Source: Alcanivorax sp. (GTDB lineage Bacteria; Pseudomonadota; Gammaproteobacteria; Pseudomonadales; Alcanivoracaceae). From it: DNA of 64,000 nucleotides. The position numbers and the translations under genes are program-made. The notes under the pieces were generated by a model that was given only the letters and a program-made list of their open reading frames with translations, ran no database searches and was not told the origin of the DNA. This document shows, piece after piece, positions 52,382 to 62,150 of this stretch. Position 1 is the stretch's first letter. Each line of letters opens with the position of its first letter. The DNA lies in assembly GCA_013823245.1 (NCBI GenBank), contig PNLU01000003.1, forward strand, positions 4,427-68,426, given 5' to 3'.

Positions 52382-53641
52382 TTACATGCGGATGGCCATG
52401 CCATCGGTGAGTGCGTTGCGGTAGGCCCGCCAGGCAGGCCAGAGGCCCACCAGTATGCCACCGGCAAACAGGATCGCCAGTATCTTCATCTCGTGCAGCG
52501 TGGGCGGCCACAGAGTGACGGTCAGCCCGAGTTGACCGCTGAGCCAGCCACTGGCGCCCAACGCCAGCCCCTGCAACAGCACCACACCGAGCAGCGCACC
52601 CAGGATGCTCAGCAGCAACGACTCGCCGATGATCAGTGCGAAGATTTGCCAGGGCCGTGCGCCCAGGGCGCGCAGCAGGGCCATTTCCCGGCGCCGCTCG
52701 TTGAGGCCGGTCAGCAACGCCGTGAGCATCACTGTCAGGGCCACCAGCATCACCAGCGCCGACACCGCCAGCAGGGCGTTTTCGCCCACTCGCATCAGGT
52801 CCCACAACTGTTGCAGTGTGAGCCCTGGCATGATGGCCATCAGGGCCTCGTCGCGATCCGTGTTGATCTGCCGTTGCACCTGGAATACCGCCCGGCGCGA
52901 TGTCAGGCCGACCATGACCGCAGTAATGGAGTCCGGGGTCAGGTCCATGGACTGGACCCGCTCGGCAGAAATCGACAGGCCGGGGATCGGTGCGCCGCCG
53001 CGCCAGTCCACGTGAATCGCTTCCATGCCTTCCAGGCTGATGTGCACCGTGTTGTCCACCGGGGTGCCGGTGCGCTCGAGCACGCCCACCACCCTGAACG
53101 GCTTGTCGTCATGTTGGGTCAGGCTGACCGCACCGGTACCGTGGGCCAGCACGATCTCATCGCCGAGGTCATAGCCCAGTCGGCGGGCCACCTCAGCCCC
53201 GAGCACCGCGTCGAAAATGCCATCGAAAATCTCGCCACGCGCCAGCGCCAGCGACTGGTCCCGACCGTAGCGATAGTGGGTGAAGTATGCCTGCGTGGTG
53301 CCCAGCACCGGGAAACCGCGCAAGGAGTCGCCCAGCGACAGCGGCACTGTCCAGGCGACTTGCGGATGCTCGGCAATGCGCTCGTAGCTGGCCCAGCTGA
53401 CATTATTGACCGGGTCACCCAGCCGAAACACGCTGTAGAGCAGCAGGTTGATCGGCCCACTGCGTGCCCCGACGATCAGGTCAACGCCGGACAGCGTATT
53501 GGCGAAGCTTTCCCGTGCCTCCGTGCGCAGGCGCTCGACGCCGAGTAACAATGCCACGCTCAACGCCACCGAACAGACCACCAGGGCCGCCGTGCCGCGC
53601 CGGTTCCACAGGCTGCGACGTGCCAGGGACAGCACCGTCAT
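52382..53641 (-). CDS. MacB/FtsX-type ABC transporter permease
   Basis: N-terminal TM, large periplasmic domain, ERRREMALLRALGA and three C-terminal TM helices. Confidence 0.9.
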   Translation of the reverse strand: MTVLSLARRSLWNRRGTAALVVCSVALSVALLLGVERLRTEARESFANTLSGVDLIVGARSGPINLLLYSVFRLGDPVNNVSWASYERIAEHPQVAWTVPLSLGDSLRGFPVLGTTQAYFTHYRYGRDQSLALARGEIFDGIFDAVLGAEVARRLGYDLGDEIVLAHGTGAVSLTQHDDKPFRVVGVLERTGTPVDNTVHISLEGMEAIHVDWRGGAPIPGLSISAERVQSMDLTPDSITAVMVGLTSRRAVFQVQRQINTDRDEALMAIMPGLTLQQLWDLMRVGENALLAVSALVMLVALTVMLTALLTGLNERRREMALLRALGARPWQIFALIIGESLLLSILGALLGVVLLQGLALGASGWLSGQLGLTVTLWPPTLHEMKILAILFAGGILVGLWPAWRAYRNALTDGMAIRM

Positions 53642-54363
53642 GGCGTCACCCCCGAGCCCGACTGCGCATCCGCCTGATTGATATCCAGCAAACTCAGGCG
53701 ACGCGGGAAGTGCGAGGCCAGCGTCTGATCGTGGCTGACAAACAGCAGCGCGGCACCGGACGCATCACATTCGCTGGACAACAGATCGACAAATTCCAGA
53801 CGCCGGTCGGCGTCCAGCGCCGAGGTCGGCTCGTCGGCAATCACCAGCGCTGGCGCACCCATCAACGCACGCGCCGCCGCCACCCGCTGCTGCTGCCCCA
53901 CCGACAGCGCCGTCACCGGCCGCCGCAGCAAATCGTCGGCATCCAGCCCCAGTGCTCCCAGCAACCGCCGGGCCTGCGCTTCCACGCTGCCGTCGCGCGC
54001 TATGGCGCGGGCGCGACGCGCACGGGAAAAGCGGCACGGCAGGAGCACGTTCTGCAACACCGGCAAGTAGGGCAACAGATTGAACATCTGGAAAATGATA
54101 CCCAGCTGGTCTGCGCGGAACCGGTCCCGGGCCGACCCGCGCATCTGGCTGAGCGGCTGGCCCAGCACCTGGATGTGGCCGGTGCGTGGTGTGGCGATGC
54201 CCGCCACCAGCGACAACAGCGTACTCTTGCCGCTGCCGCTCGGCCCCGCCAGAAAAACCCGCTCGCCGGGCTGCATCTGGAAGGCCGGGACCGACAGCAC
54301 ATCGGGCAGGCCGGACTGCCAGCGAAAAGTAACGTCCGTGAGCGAGAGAACCGGTGCCGTCAT
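53638..54363 (-). CDS. ABC transporter ATP-binding protein
   Basis: GPSGSGKS, LSVGQQQRVA, ADEPT and SHD motifs. Confidence 0.93.
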   Translation of the reverse strand: MTAPVLSLTDVTFRWQSGLPDVLSVPAFQMQPGERVFLAGPSGSGKSTLLSLVAGIATPRTGHIQVLGQPLSQMRGSARDRFRADQLGIIFQMFNLLPYLPVLQNVLLPCRFSRARRARAIARDGSVEAQARRLLGALGLDADDLLRRPVTALSVGQQQRVAAARALMGAPALVIADEPTSALDADRRLEFVDLLSSECDASGAALLFVSHDQTLASHFPRRLSLLDINQADAQSGSGVTP

Positions 54364-54929
54364 CAGGGCAGCGTGACCTGGCGCTCGTTGCGGCGCAGGC
54401 GCTGCTCGCGCTGGCCGTTGTCCGATACCGCCTGAACAATCAGCCGCTCCAGACCGGGAAGATTATCGAACAGGGTAATCTCCAGCGTGCGCAGCACATC
54501 GGGGTTGCTGCAATCGAAGGTATAGGTGGCGGTGAAATCCGCATGCGCATGGTCATGATGATCATGGTCGTGGTGATGATCGTGGCTGTGATCATCCTTT
54601 TTCAGCCCGGTCTCTGCCCGGTTCTCCACCAGCGTGCAGCCCGCTTCGGCAGGTGTACGGAACACATTGCCCGGCCGCTCCAGCAGGGCCAGCGCCTCAC
54701 GCACGGCATCACGCCCCTCGTCGTCCTGCGGCACGCGCTCGAAGCCCACCACATCCATACCGGGCACAGTCAGGTCCGCCTGCAGCACGCCGTCTTCCAG
54801 CACCAGTTGCAGATTACCCTGCCCATGCACATGGGGGCCGTGGGCCGCCACCTGGGGGGCAGCCACCATCAGCGCACAGGCACCCAACAGATATCGGGCA
54901 TACGGAAAAATCCGGGAAACAGATGTCAT
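54363..54929 (-). CDS. His-rich periplasmic DUF2796/ZrgA-like zinc-binding protein
   Basis: Signal peptide, HGPHVHG, VGFE, DDHSHDHHHDHDHHDHAHADF and YTFDC; AGGAG RBS 7 nt before ATG 54929. Confidence 0.85.
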   Translation of the reverse strand: MTSVSRIFPYARYLLGACALMVAAPQVAAHGPHVHGQGNLQLVLEDGVLQADLTVPGMDVVGFERVPQDDEGRDAVREALALLERPGNVFRTPAEAGCTLVENRAETGLKKDDHSHDHHHDHDHHDHAHADFTATYTFDCSNPDVLRTLEITLFDNLPGLERLIVQAVSDNGQREQRLRRNERQVTLP

Positions 54930-55058
54930 TGGCATTCTCCTTGGGAAAACTATGAACCGGCTGATGCGCCCTGAGTTCCGGAAGATCATCACCTTCACCT
55001 GATCACCATGGCGCACCCGGAACACTGCCCGCTTGTACCGCAGGGATGTTACGTGCGC

Positions 55059-55976
55059 ATGTTACCTCATTCACGGACCCGTCATGTCGTCGCCGGCTTT
55101 CTTCTGTTCATGCTGCTTTCGGCCTGCGCACGCAGCCCGGCGACGCCGGGTCACGCCACGCTGGCCACGTCGGTGTGGCAGCCCGAAGGCGAGACGCGCG
55201 GTGTCATCATCGCGCTGCACAGCTTTGGTGATTACCGGGCCGCCTTCGATCATCTGGGCCCCTGGTTTGCCGAGCGCGGCTTTGCAATCCATGCCATGGA
55301 CCAGCGCGGCTTCGGCAGTGACCCCCGGGCGGGCTACTGGCCAGGTGACGAAGCGCTGCTTGAGGATCTTCGAGACACCCTCATCACCGTGTCTGACCAG
55401 TATGACGCGCCACTGTACCTGCTCGGCGAAAGCATGGGCGGCGGCGTCATCATGCGCGTGCTGGCCGACGACCCGGAGCTGCCCGTGGCCGGAGCGATTC
55501 TGGCGGCGCCCTCGGTCCGCGCCGGGCTGCGCACCCGCTACCTGTGGAACGGCGCACTGGCGGTGGGCGCCACGGTCACGCCGGGCTATACCTTCACCCT
55601 GAACCGCGACCCGCAGGACCCCCGCTACACCCCGCACAGCGCGGCACGCCTGGCGGAAGATCCCCTGGTGCTGCGCCAGGTGCGCATGGATACCTACCGC
55701 GATCTGATCCGGTTCACTGACCGGGCGTCGGACCAGGCCGCCAGCATCCGTCATCCGGTGCTGCTGCTTTACGGGGGTAACGACGATCTGATCCCGGCGA
55801 TCTCCATTGCCCGGCTGCGCGAGCAACTGGCACCGCAACTGACCTATCGTTTCTACCCCGAAGCGCCGCACCTGTTGTTGCAGGGCGCCCATTGGGGGCA
55901 CTACGCCGCTGACATCCTGCTGTGGCTGGATGAGACCCTGCAGGCTGGCCAGACGGGTGCGCACGCGCAACAATAG
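55059..55976 (+). CDS. Alpha/beta hydrolase lipoprotein (lysophospholipase/monoacylglycerol lipase-like)
   Basis: Lipobox LSAC, DQRGFG, GESMGG nucleophile elbow, Asp (GGNDDLI) and His (APHLL). Confidence 0.85.
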   Translation: MLPHSRTRHVVAGFLLFMLLSACARSPATPGHATLATSVWQPEGETRGVIIALHSFGDYRAAFDHLGPWFAERGFAIHAMDQRGFGSDPRAGYWPGDEALLEDLRDTLITVSDQYDAPLYLLGESMGGGVIMRVLADDPELPVAGAILAAPSVRAGLRTRYLWNGALAVGATVTPGYTFTLNRDPQDPRYTPHSAARLAEDPLVLRQVRMDTYRDLIRFTDRASDQAASIRHPVLLLYGGNDDLIPAISIARLREQLAPQLTYRFYPEAPHLLLQGAHWGHYAADILLWLDETLQAGQTGAHAQQ

Positions 55977-56021
55977 CGGCCATCTTGTGGATGGACCTGA
56001 CTTGTGGACGGACCCGATCCT

Positions 56022-56729
56022 ATGCCCGCTCGCTCCTGGCCGCTGCGCCGCCTGCTGATCTGGGTGCCCGTGGCGCTGCTGGCCGCCTTGCTGGCGGTGC
56101 AACTGTGGTTTGCCGCCTGGTTGACCTGGTACCGCACCCACTACCCGCTGGAAACCGCTTTCATGAGCCGTGAACTGGCGCGCCTGCAAGCCGACAACCC
56201 GGCCGCTCGCCTGCATTACACCTGGGTGGACTACGACCGGATCTCGATTCACCTGAAGCGCGCCGCCCTGGCTGCGGAAGACAGCCGCTTCATGGAGCAC
56301 GGTGGCATCGACTGGGACGGCGTGCGTCATGCCCTGGAACGTAATCGGGCGGCGGGTGACACCGTGGCGGGCGGATCGACCATCAGCCAGCAGCTGGCCC
56401 GCAACCTGTTCCTGTCGCCGCGCCGCTCCTGGCCACGCAAGGCGCAGGAGGTGGCGATTACGCTGATGCAGGAACAGATTCTGGACAAGCGACGCATTCT
56501 GGAGCTGTACCTGAATGTGGCGGAATTCGGTGAGGGTATTTTTGGCGCCGAAGCGGCGGCCCAGCACTTCTTTGGCAAGCCCGCCGCCGCCCTGACGCCG
56601 ATCGAGGCCGCTGATCTGGCGGCCCGATTGCCGCGCCCCCGCTACTATCACCGGCACGGGCACACCGACTGGTTACTCCAGTACCGGCAGATCATTCTGG
56701 CGCGCATGGATCAGGTGACACCGCCGTAA
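56022..56729 (+). CDS. mtgA: Monofunctional peptidoglycan transglycosylase
   Basis: AAEDSRF, GGSTISQQLARNLFL, RKAQE and YLNVAEFG motifs. Confidence 0.93.
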   Translation: MPARSWPLRRLLIWVPVALLAALLAVQLWFAAWLTWYRTHYPLETAFMSRELARLQADNPAARLHYTWVDYDRISIHLKRAALAAEDSRFMEHGGIDWDGVRHALERNRAAGDTVAGGSTISQQLARNLFLSPRRSWPRKAQEVAITLMQEQILDKRRILELYLNVAEFGEGIFGAEAAAQHFFGKPAAALTPIEAADLAARLPRPRYYHRHGHTDWLLQYRQIILARMDQVTPP

Positions 56730-56794
56730 GGAACCTCTGCGCACCAGCAGCCTCAAACACGCTCTGACCGCTCATCAGCCGGAGCCCGTGCAGT

Positions 56795-57562
56795 ATGCGC
56801 CTGTTGATCATCCCGTTGCTGGCCTTGCTCAGTGCCTGCAGCGATGCCCCGGACCCGACCCCCGAGGGCGACACCACCGAACACGATACCGCTGCCCCCT
56901 CCGCCCCTGCGCCCCGGCAAATGCCGCTGGCTGGCAGTTGGGTCATGGAACAGGACGACCATTACCGGGTGATGGTGCTGGGCCGCGACGGCTCTTTGCA
57001 CTGGCTGCCAAACGGCCCCTGGCAGGGCCAGCGCTGGCAGGCGGACGATACCACCCTGACCCTGCACAGCGTGGCGCGCCGTCGCGGCGAGACGCAGACC
57101 CTGACGCTGGACTACACCCTGAACCGGGACACGCTGACGCTGGCCAGCGAGGACGCCGACGTGGACAAGGGCGTATCCGGGGCCTGGCGCCGTGACAACC
57201 AGGCCGCTGCGCGGGTGGAGGGTGAGTTGCTGCTGCCCGAGGGCCATCAGGTCCCCGAGCGCGCCGTGCTGGCCCTGCATATCGAGCCGCGCGAGGTGCG
57301 CGATCCGGACATCACCGATATCCAGCGCAAGGTGCGCCCCCTGGACGCCGGGGATACCCATATCCCCTACCGGCTCTACTACGATGCCCGCGCCGTGGAC
57401 AACAACAGACCACTGCAACTCCAGGCGACCATCATCGTCGATGGCGCGGCACACTATGCAAGCGAAGAACCGGTGCGTCTGGCGCCAGTGACGGAGCAGA
57501 GCCAGACCGTTACTCTTTCGCCACGCGGCCTCGCCAGAGGGCAAAGTGCCAGCGGCGAATGA
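56795..57562 (+). CDS. Lipoprotein with a lipocalin-like N-domain and a YbaY/pilotin-like C-domain
   Basis: Lipobox LSAC; LAGSW beta-barrel start; C-terminal VEGELL...P..A.L....IPYRLYYD pattern. Confidence 0.6.
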   Translation: MRLLIIPLLALLSACSDAPDPTPEGDTTEHDTAAPSAPAPRQMPLAGSWVMEQDDHYRVMVLGRDGSLHWLPNGPWQGQRWQADDTTLTLHSVARRRGETQTLTLDYTLNRDTLTLASEDADVDKGVSGAWRRDNQAAARVEGELLLPEGHQVPERAVLALHIEPREVRDPDITDIQRKVRPLDAGDTHIPYRLYYDARAVDNNRPLQLQATIIVDGAAHYASEEPVRLAPVTEQSQTVTLSPRGLARGQSASGE

Positions 57563-57636
57563 CACCATAACAAAAGATTTGATAAAACGGATGCGAATAG
57601 CGCAATATCCGTATAAACCGTAACGAGCATCCACCT

Positions 57637-58350
57637 ATGCAGCGTGCCCTGATCATCAAGCATGTTCACTTTGAAGGCCCTGGCGCCATCACCACCTGGC
57701 TGGACCGCCAGGGCATCACCTGGGAGGTGATTGAAGCCCGGCAGGTGACCCGCTGGCCGACGCCCGATGACTTCGAATGGCTGTTCGTGATGGGCGGCCC
57801 GATGAGTGCCCGCGACGAAGGCAAGCTGCCCTGGATGCGGGAAGAGAAGCGCCTGATCCGGCAGGCCATTGATGCAGGCCGCAAGGTGGTCGGCATCTGC
57901 CTGGGCGCGCAACTGATTGCCAGTGCGCTGGGCGCAAACGTTCATCGCAACAGCGCACCGGAAATCGGCTGGTATACGATTACCCCTGCGCCAAATTGCC
58001 CGCCGGACATTGCCAGCCTGTTCGCCGATTCCCCGCCGGTACTGCACTGGCACGGTGAAGGCTTCAGCCTGCCCGAGGGCGCAGAGCACCTGTTCTGCAG
58101 TTCCGCCTGCACGCAGCAAGGCTTCCTGTTTGATAACCGGGTCATGGGGCTGCAATGCCACCTGGAATGCGACATGGAAACGCTGAAAGGGCTGTGTGAG
58201 CACTGCGCCGACGAGATTGTGCCCGGCCCCTGGACCGAGCCGGCCCACAAACTGATGGTGTCCGAGGCCGTGCTGGCCGCCACCCATCAACGCCTCTACT
58301 GGCTGCTCAACCGGGTGGCCAACCCGCCCGCCCCGAAGCCCGCCGCCTGA
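57637..58350 (+). CDS. Class I glutamine amidotransferase-like protein
   Basis: HVHFEGPG, VMGGPMS, GICLGAQ, HWHGE and QCHLE motifs. Confidence 0.9.
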   Translation: MQRALIIKHVHFEGPGAITTWLDRQGITWEVIEARQVTRWPTPDDFEWLFVMGGPMSARDEGKLPWMREEKRLIRQAIDAGRKVVGICLGAQLIASALGANVHRNSAPEIGWYTITPAPNCPPDIASLFADSPPVLHWHGEGFSLPEGAEHLFCSSACTQQGFLFDNRVMGLQCHLECDMETLKGLCEHCADEIVPGPWTEPAHKLMVSEAVLAATHQRLYWLLNRVANPPAPKPAA

Positions 58351-58352
58351 AC

Positions 58353-58382
58353 AAAAAACGCCCCGGTCGATGCCGGGGCGTT
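58353..58382 (-). terminator. Intrinsic terminator after leuA (between convergent genes)
   Basis: AACGCCCCGG-TCGATG-CCGGGGCGTT with an A6 run on the left side. Confidence 0.8.
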
Positions 58383-58405
58383 CTGGTTTCTGGCAGACGT
58401 CAGTC

Positions 58406-60079
58406 TCAGGCGCTGGCGCGTACCGCCCTGGGCCCCTGATGGTGCCCCACCGCCGACAGCACCGCCTGCAGCGTGGCCGAGGCCGTATCGTCAGCCAGGG
58501 CCGCCGCGCTGGCCGGTTCATCGTCAATCAGCACGCGCACACAGGCCATGGCGCTGGCCTGGGTGCCCTCGCTGAGGGCCATTTCGTCGAAGCTCTCCAC
58601 CGCAATACGACGCCCGGTGCGCGCCATCAATGCCGCCACCAGGGCATCCACAACGCCCTTGCCCTCGCCTTCGAGGTTCTCGGCCACCGCACTGGAGCCG
58701 ATCCGCACCGACGCCCGCACCACATCACCTTCGCGGTGAACGTCGTAGCCCTGCAACTGCCAGCCTTCCGGCGCGGCCAGATAATGTTGCTCGAACAACG
58801 CATGAATCGCGGCGCCGTCCACTTCACCCGCCTGCTCCTCCGCCTGGCGCTGCACCACGCGTGAGAACTCGATCTGCAACCAGCGCGGCAGGGTGATGCC
58901 GTAATCCCGTTCCAGCACATGCAATACGCCGCCCTTGCCGGACTGCGAGTTGATGCGCACCACTTCTTCGTAGCGGCGGCCCAGATCACGCGGATCAATG
59001 GGCAGGTAGGCCACATCCCATTTTTCGTCCGGCTGCTGCAGCACCAGGCACTTGCGAATCGCATCCTGGTGGCTGCCCGAGAACGCCGTGAACACCAGCT
59101 CGCCGGCGTAGGGGTGGCGCGGATGCGTGCTGATCTCGGTCACCGCTTCCACGGTCTCGATGATCTCGCGCATGCCGGAAAAATCCACTTTCGGGTCCAC
59201 GCCCTGGCTGTAGAGGTTCATGGCCATGGTGACCAGGTCCATGTTGCCAGTGCGCTCGCCGTTACCCATCAGGGTGCCTTCCACCCGGTCGGCCCCGGCC
59301 ATTACCGCCAGTTCCGCAGCGGCCACCGCGCAGCCCCGGTCGTTGTGGGTGTGCACGGAGATCTGCAAATGCTCGCGCTGAATAATGTTGTCATTCATGT
59401 GTTCGACCATATCGGCAAACACATTCGGTGTGCTCACTTCCACGGTGGCGGGCAGATTGATGATCACACCCTGACCGCTGGCGGGCTGCCAGACGTCTAC
59501 CACGGCGTTGACCACTTCCACCGCCACATCCAGTTCCGTGCCGGTGAAACTCTCCGGCGAATACTGGAACACCCACTCGGTGTCCGGCTGCTGCGCGGCA
59601 TGGCGGGCCACGCACTCGGCGCCGCGCACGGCGATGTCACGAATCCCCGCCACATCCATGCGGAACACTTTTTCCCGCTGGGTGCGTGAGGTGGAGTTGT
59701 ACAGGTGCATGACCGCACGCCGGGCGCCCTTGAGGGACTCGAACGAGCGGGCAATCAGTTCGTCACGCGCCTGCGTCAGCACCTGGATGGTAACGTCGGC
59801 AGGAATGCGGTCCTGCTCGATCAGCGCGCGCACGAAATCGAAATCCGGTTGTGAGGCGGCAGGAAAGCCGACCTCGATTTCCTTGAAGCCCACCTTCACC
59901 AGCAGGTCGAACAGGCGCATCTTCTGGGCCACGGTCATCGGCTTGACCAGGGCCTGGTTGCCATCGCGCAGGTCCACGGCACACCAGTGCGGCGCGCTGC
60001 GAATCACCTGCTCCGGCCAGCGGCGCTGCGGACGCTGCACGGGGGTGAAGGGCTGGTACTTGCGATGATCGAAGGCCAT
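58406..60079 (-). CDS. leuA: 2-isopropylmalate synthase (yeast/actinobacterial-type LeuA)
   Basis: DLRDGNQAL, GFKEIEVGFP, FQYSPESF, HTHNDRG, GNGERTGN and SGSHQDAI; start at ATG 60079. Confidence 0.95.
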   Translation of the reverse strand: MAFDHRKYQPFTPVQRPQRRWPEQVIRSAPHWCAVDLRDGNQALVKPMTVAQKMRLFDLLVKVGFKEIEVGFPAASQPDFDFVRALIEQDRIPADVTIQVLTQARDELIARSFESLKGARRAVMHLYNSTSRTQREKVFRMDVAGIRDIAVRGAECVARHAAQQPDTEWVFQYSPESFTGTELDVAVEVVNAVVDVWQPASGQGVIINLPATVEVSTPNVFADMVEHMNDNIIQREHLQISVHTHNDRGCAVAAAELAVMAGADRVEGTLMGNGERTGNMDLVTMAMNLYSQGVDPKVDFSGMREIIETVEAVTEISTHPRHPYAGELVFTAFSGSHQDAIRKCLVLQQPDEKWDVAYLPIDPRDLGRRYEEVVRINSQSGKGGVLHVLERDYGITLPRWLQIEFSRVVQRQAEEQAGEVDGAAIHALFEQHYLAAPEGWQLQGYDVHREGDVVRASVRIGSSAVAENLEGEGKGVVDALVAALMARTGRRIAVESFDEMALSEGTQASAMACVRVLIDDEPASAAALADDTASATLQAVLSAVGHHQGPRAVRASA

Positions 60080-60294
60080 GTCGTGCTCCTGAATAACGGT
60101 CTGTTGAAGCCGGGTGTTGAAACCGGGAGTGCCCGAAGCCGGGTGGGCGGGGCTTTTCCCCGGCGCCGACCGCCTTGTGAGCGAGGGGCCGGGGAAGCCG
60201 CCGGGCTTGTGGACCGGCGACTGACACAGTGTAGTCCTGCAGCAGCGCAATGGGATTGCGAAGTTGCTGATAATCAGACTTAAAAGGGTGATAT

Positions 60295-60313
60295 ATTCCA
60301 ATATATATGGAAT
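60295..60313. promoter_or_regulatory. AT-rich inverted repeat between the divergent leuA and Lrp-family genes
   Basis: ATTCCA-ATATATA-TGGAAT. Confidence 0.55.
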
Positions 60314-60365
60314 GCTTGCATTTTATAGCCTCATATCTGTCTTGCTACGTTTGCGGAGAGCCCCC

Positions 60366-60860
60366 ATGCCCGCTTCAGTACCACACAAACTGGATCGCAC
60401 CGACCGCCGCATCCTCCAGGCCCTGCAGGAGGATGGCGGCCTGAGCAACCTGGAACTGGCCGAGCGGGTCGGCCTGTCGCCGTCGCCCTGCTCCCGCCGG
60501 GTACAGAAGCTGGAGGAAGCGGGCGTGCTGCTCAACCGGGTGACGCTGCTCAACCAGAAGGCGCTGGGGCTGGACCTGACCGCCATCATCCAGATCAGCA
60601 TGGACCGCCACACGCCGGAGCGTTTCGAACGGTTCGAGCAGACAGTAGCCAGCTTCGAAGAGGTGCAGCAGTGCTACCTGGTCACGGGCCAGGACGCCGA
60701 CTACCTGCTCAAGGTGGTGGTGCCGGACATGGACGCCTACCAGCAGTTCCTGCTCGGCAAGATCACCCGCATCGAGGGGGTCACCGGGGTGCACTCCAGT
60801 TTCGTGATGCGCAAGGTGATCGATTCCACCGCCCTGCCGCTGGGCTATCTGCCAGAGTGA
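60366..60860 (+). CDS. Lrp/AsnC family transcriptional regulator
   Basis: LDRTDRRIL..LQ.DG...NLELAERVGLSPSPC.RRVQKLE and C.LVTGQDADYLLKV. Confidence 0.93.
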   Translation: MPASVPHKLDRTDRRILQALQEDGGLSNLELAERVGLSPSPCSRRVQKLEEAGVLLNRVTLLNQKALGLDLTAIIQISMDRHTPERFERFEQTVASFEEVQQCYLVTGQDADYLLKVVVPDMDAYQQFLLGKITRIEGVTGVHSSFVMRKVIDSTALPLGYLPE

Positions 60861-60980
60861 ATGTCTCCAGCGCACAGCCAGGATTGACCCGGGCGCCCCG
60901 GCCAATGGCCTGACCCGGCGGGCCGCTACACTGCCGCCCGATTCCAGGGTCCCCGGCTATTGATCAACAGGAGTGCTTCC

Positions 60981-62126
60981 ATGCTGTCTTCCCTGCGTCG
61001 GCGCTACGACAATGCGCGCGACTGGCTGCGACGGCCCGCCGATCTGATTCAGGCCAACCGCACGCCGTTCGAGGTGATCCACGAGCAGGACATCATTCGC
61101 CTGCGCTACTACCCGCCCCTCACCGAGGCGCAGATCACTGTAGACGGCCAGGTGCTGCCGGTCAGCCGCCAGCGCCAGAAGGTGCCGCTGGTGCTGGTGA
61201 CACCGCTGGCCGCCAACACCCTGCTCTATGATCTGTTCGAGGAGCGCAGCCTGGTGCGCTACCTGCGCGCGCGCGGCTTCGAGGTCTATCTGATCGACTG
61301 GGGCCGCCCTGGCCGGCGTCACGATAGCTGGTCACTGGAGACCTATTTCGCGGAACACCTGCCGGCTCTGCTGGAACGGGTGCGGGCGCACAGCGGCGAA
61401 CGTCGCCTGGCCCTGCACGGCTGGAGCTTCGGCGCGCTGTTCAGCTACTGCTATACCGCTCTGGGCAATGACCCGGATATCGCCGCACTGGCGCTGATCG
61501 GTGCGCCAGGGGACTACCATGCCAATGGTGCGCTGGGCGTGCAGTATCGACGTCTGTCACGGCAGTTGCGCTGGCTCAAGCGCCGCACCGGTCGTCATGT
61601 GCATCAGTTGCCCGCCACGCTGGTGCGCTCGCCCGGCTGGATCAACGCCCTGAGCTTCAAGCTGATCACGCCGGTCTCGACGCTGAAAAGCTATGTTGAT
61701 CTGCTGCGGCGTCTGGATGATCGTGAGTACGTCAGCAGCCATGCCACCAATGCCGCCTTCCTGGATGACATGTACGCCTACCCCGGCGCAGTGATCCAGG
61801 ACATCGTCCGCCACCTGTGGACCGACAACTGTGTGGCCCGTGGCCGTTTGCCAATGCGTGAGGCGCGCGGCGATCTGCAAGGCGTCACCGTGCCCACCCT
61901 GCTGGTGACCGGGCGGCAGGACACCATCGTCACGCGGGAATGCAGTCTGGCCCTGCGCTTGCAGATGCCGCAGGCGCCGATCACCCACCATGAGGTGGCA
62001 GGCGGACATATGGGCATTCTGGGGGGCAGCCAGGCGCCACGCGATAACTGGCCGGTGGTCGCGGACTGGCTGATTCGCCAGTGCGACGAGGGGAATGCGG
62101 CGGAACCGGCACGCCAGGCGTCCTGA
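60981..62126 (+). CDS. PhaC (class III PHA synthase)-like alpha/beta hydrolase with a Ser nucleophile
   Basis: TPFEVI, RLRYY, PLVLVTPL, SLVRYL..RGFEVYLIDWG.P, GWSFG, Asp (GRQD) and His (GGHMG). Confidence 0.75.
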   Translation: MLSSLRRRYDNARDWLRRPADLIQANRTPFEVIHEQDIIRLRYYPPLTEAQITVDGQVLPVSRQRQKVPLVLVTPLAANTLLYDLFEERSLVRYLRARGFEVYLIDWGRPGRRHDSWSLETYFAEHLPALLERVRAHSGERRLALHGWSFGALFSYCYTALGNDPDIAALALIGAPGDYHANGALGVQYRRLSRQLRWLKRRTGRHVHQLPATLVRSPGWINALSFKLITPVSTLKSYVDLLRRLDDREYVSSHATNAAFLDDMYAYPGAVIQDIVRHLWTDNCVARGRLPMREARGDLQGVTVPTLLVTGRQDTIVTRECSLALRLQMPQAPITHHEVAGGHMGILGGSQAPRDNWPVVADWLIRQCDEGNAAEPARQAS

Positions 62127-62150
62127 TACGCCTGGCCTGCGCGCTCGCGG

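Noticed and set aside
54930-55058. Canonical Zur box upstream of the His-rich protein
   Set aside because: No TGTTAT-N3-ATAACA palindrome found; only a weak direct repeat, reported at low interest.
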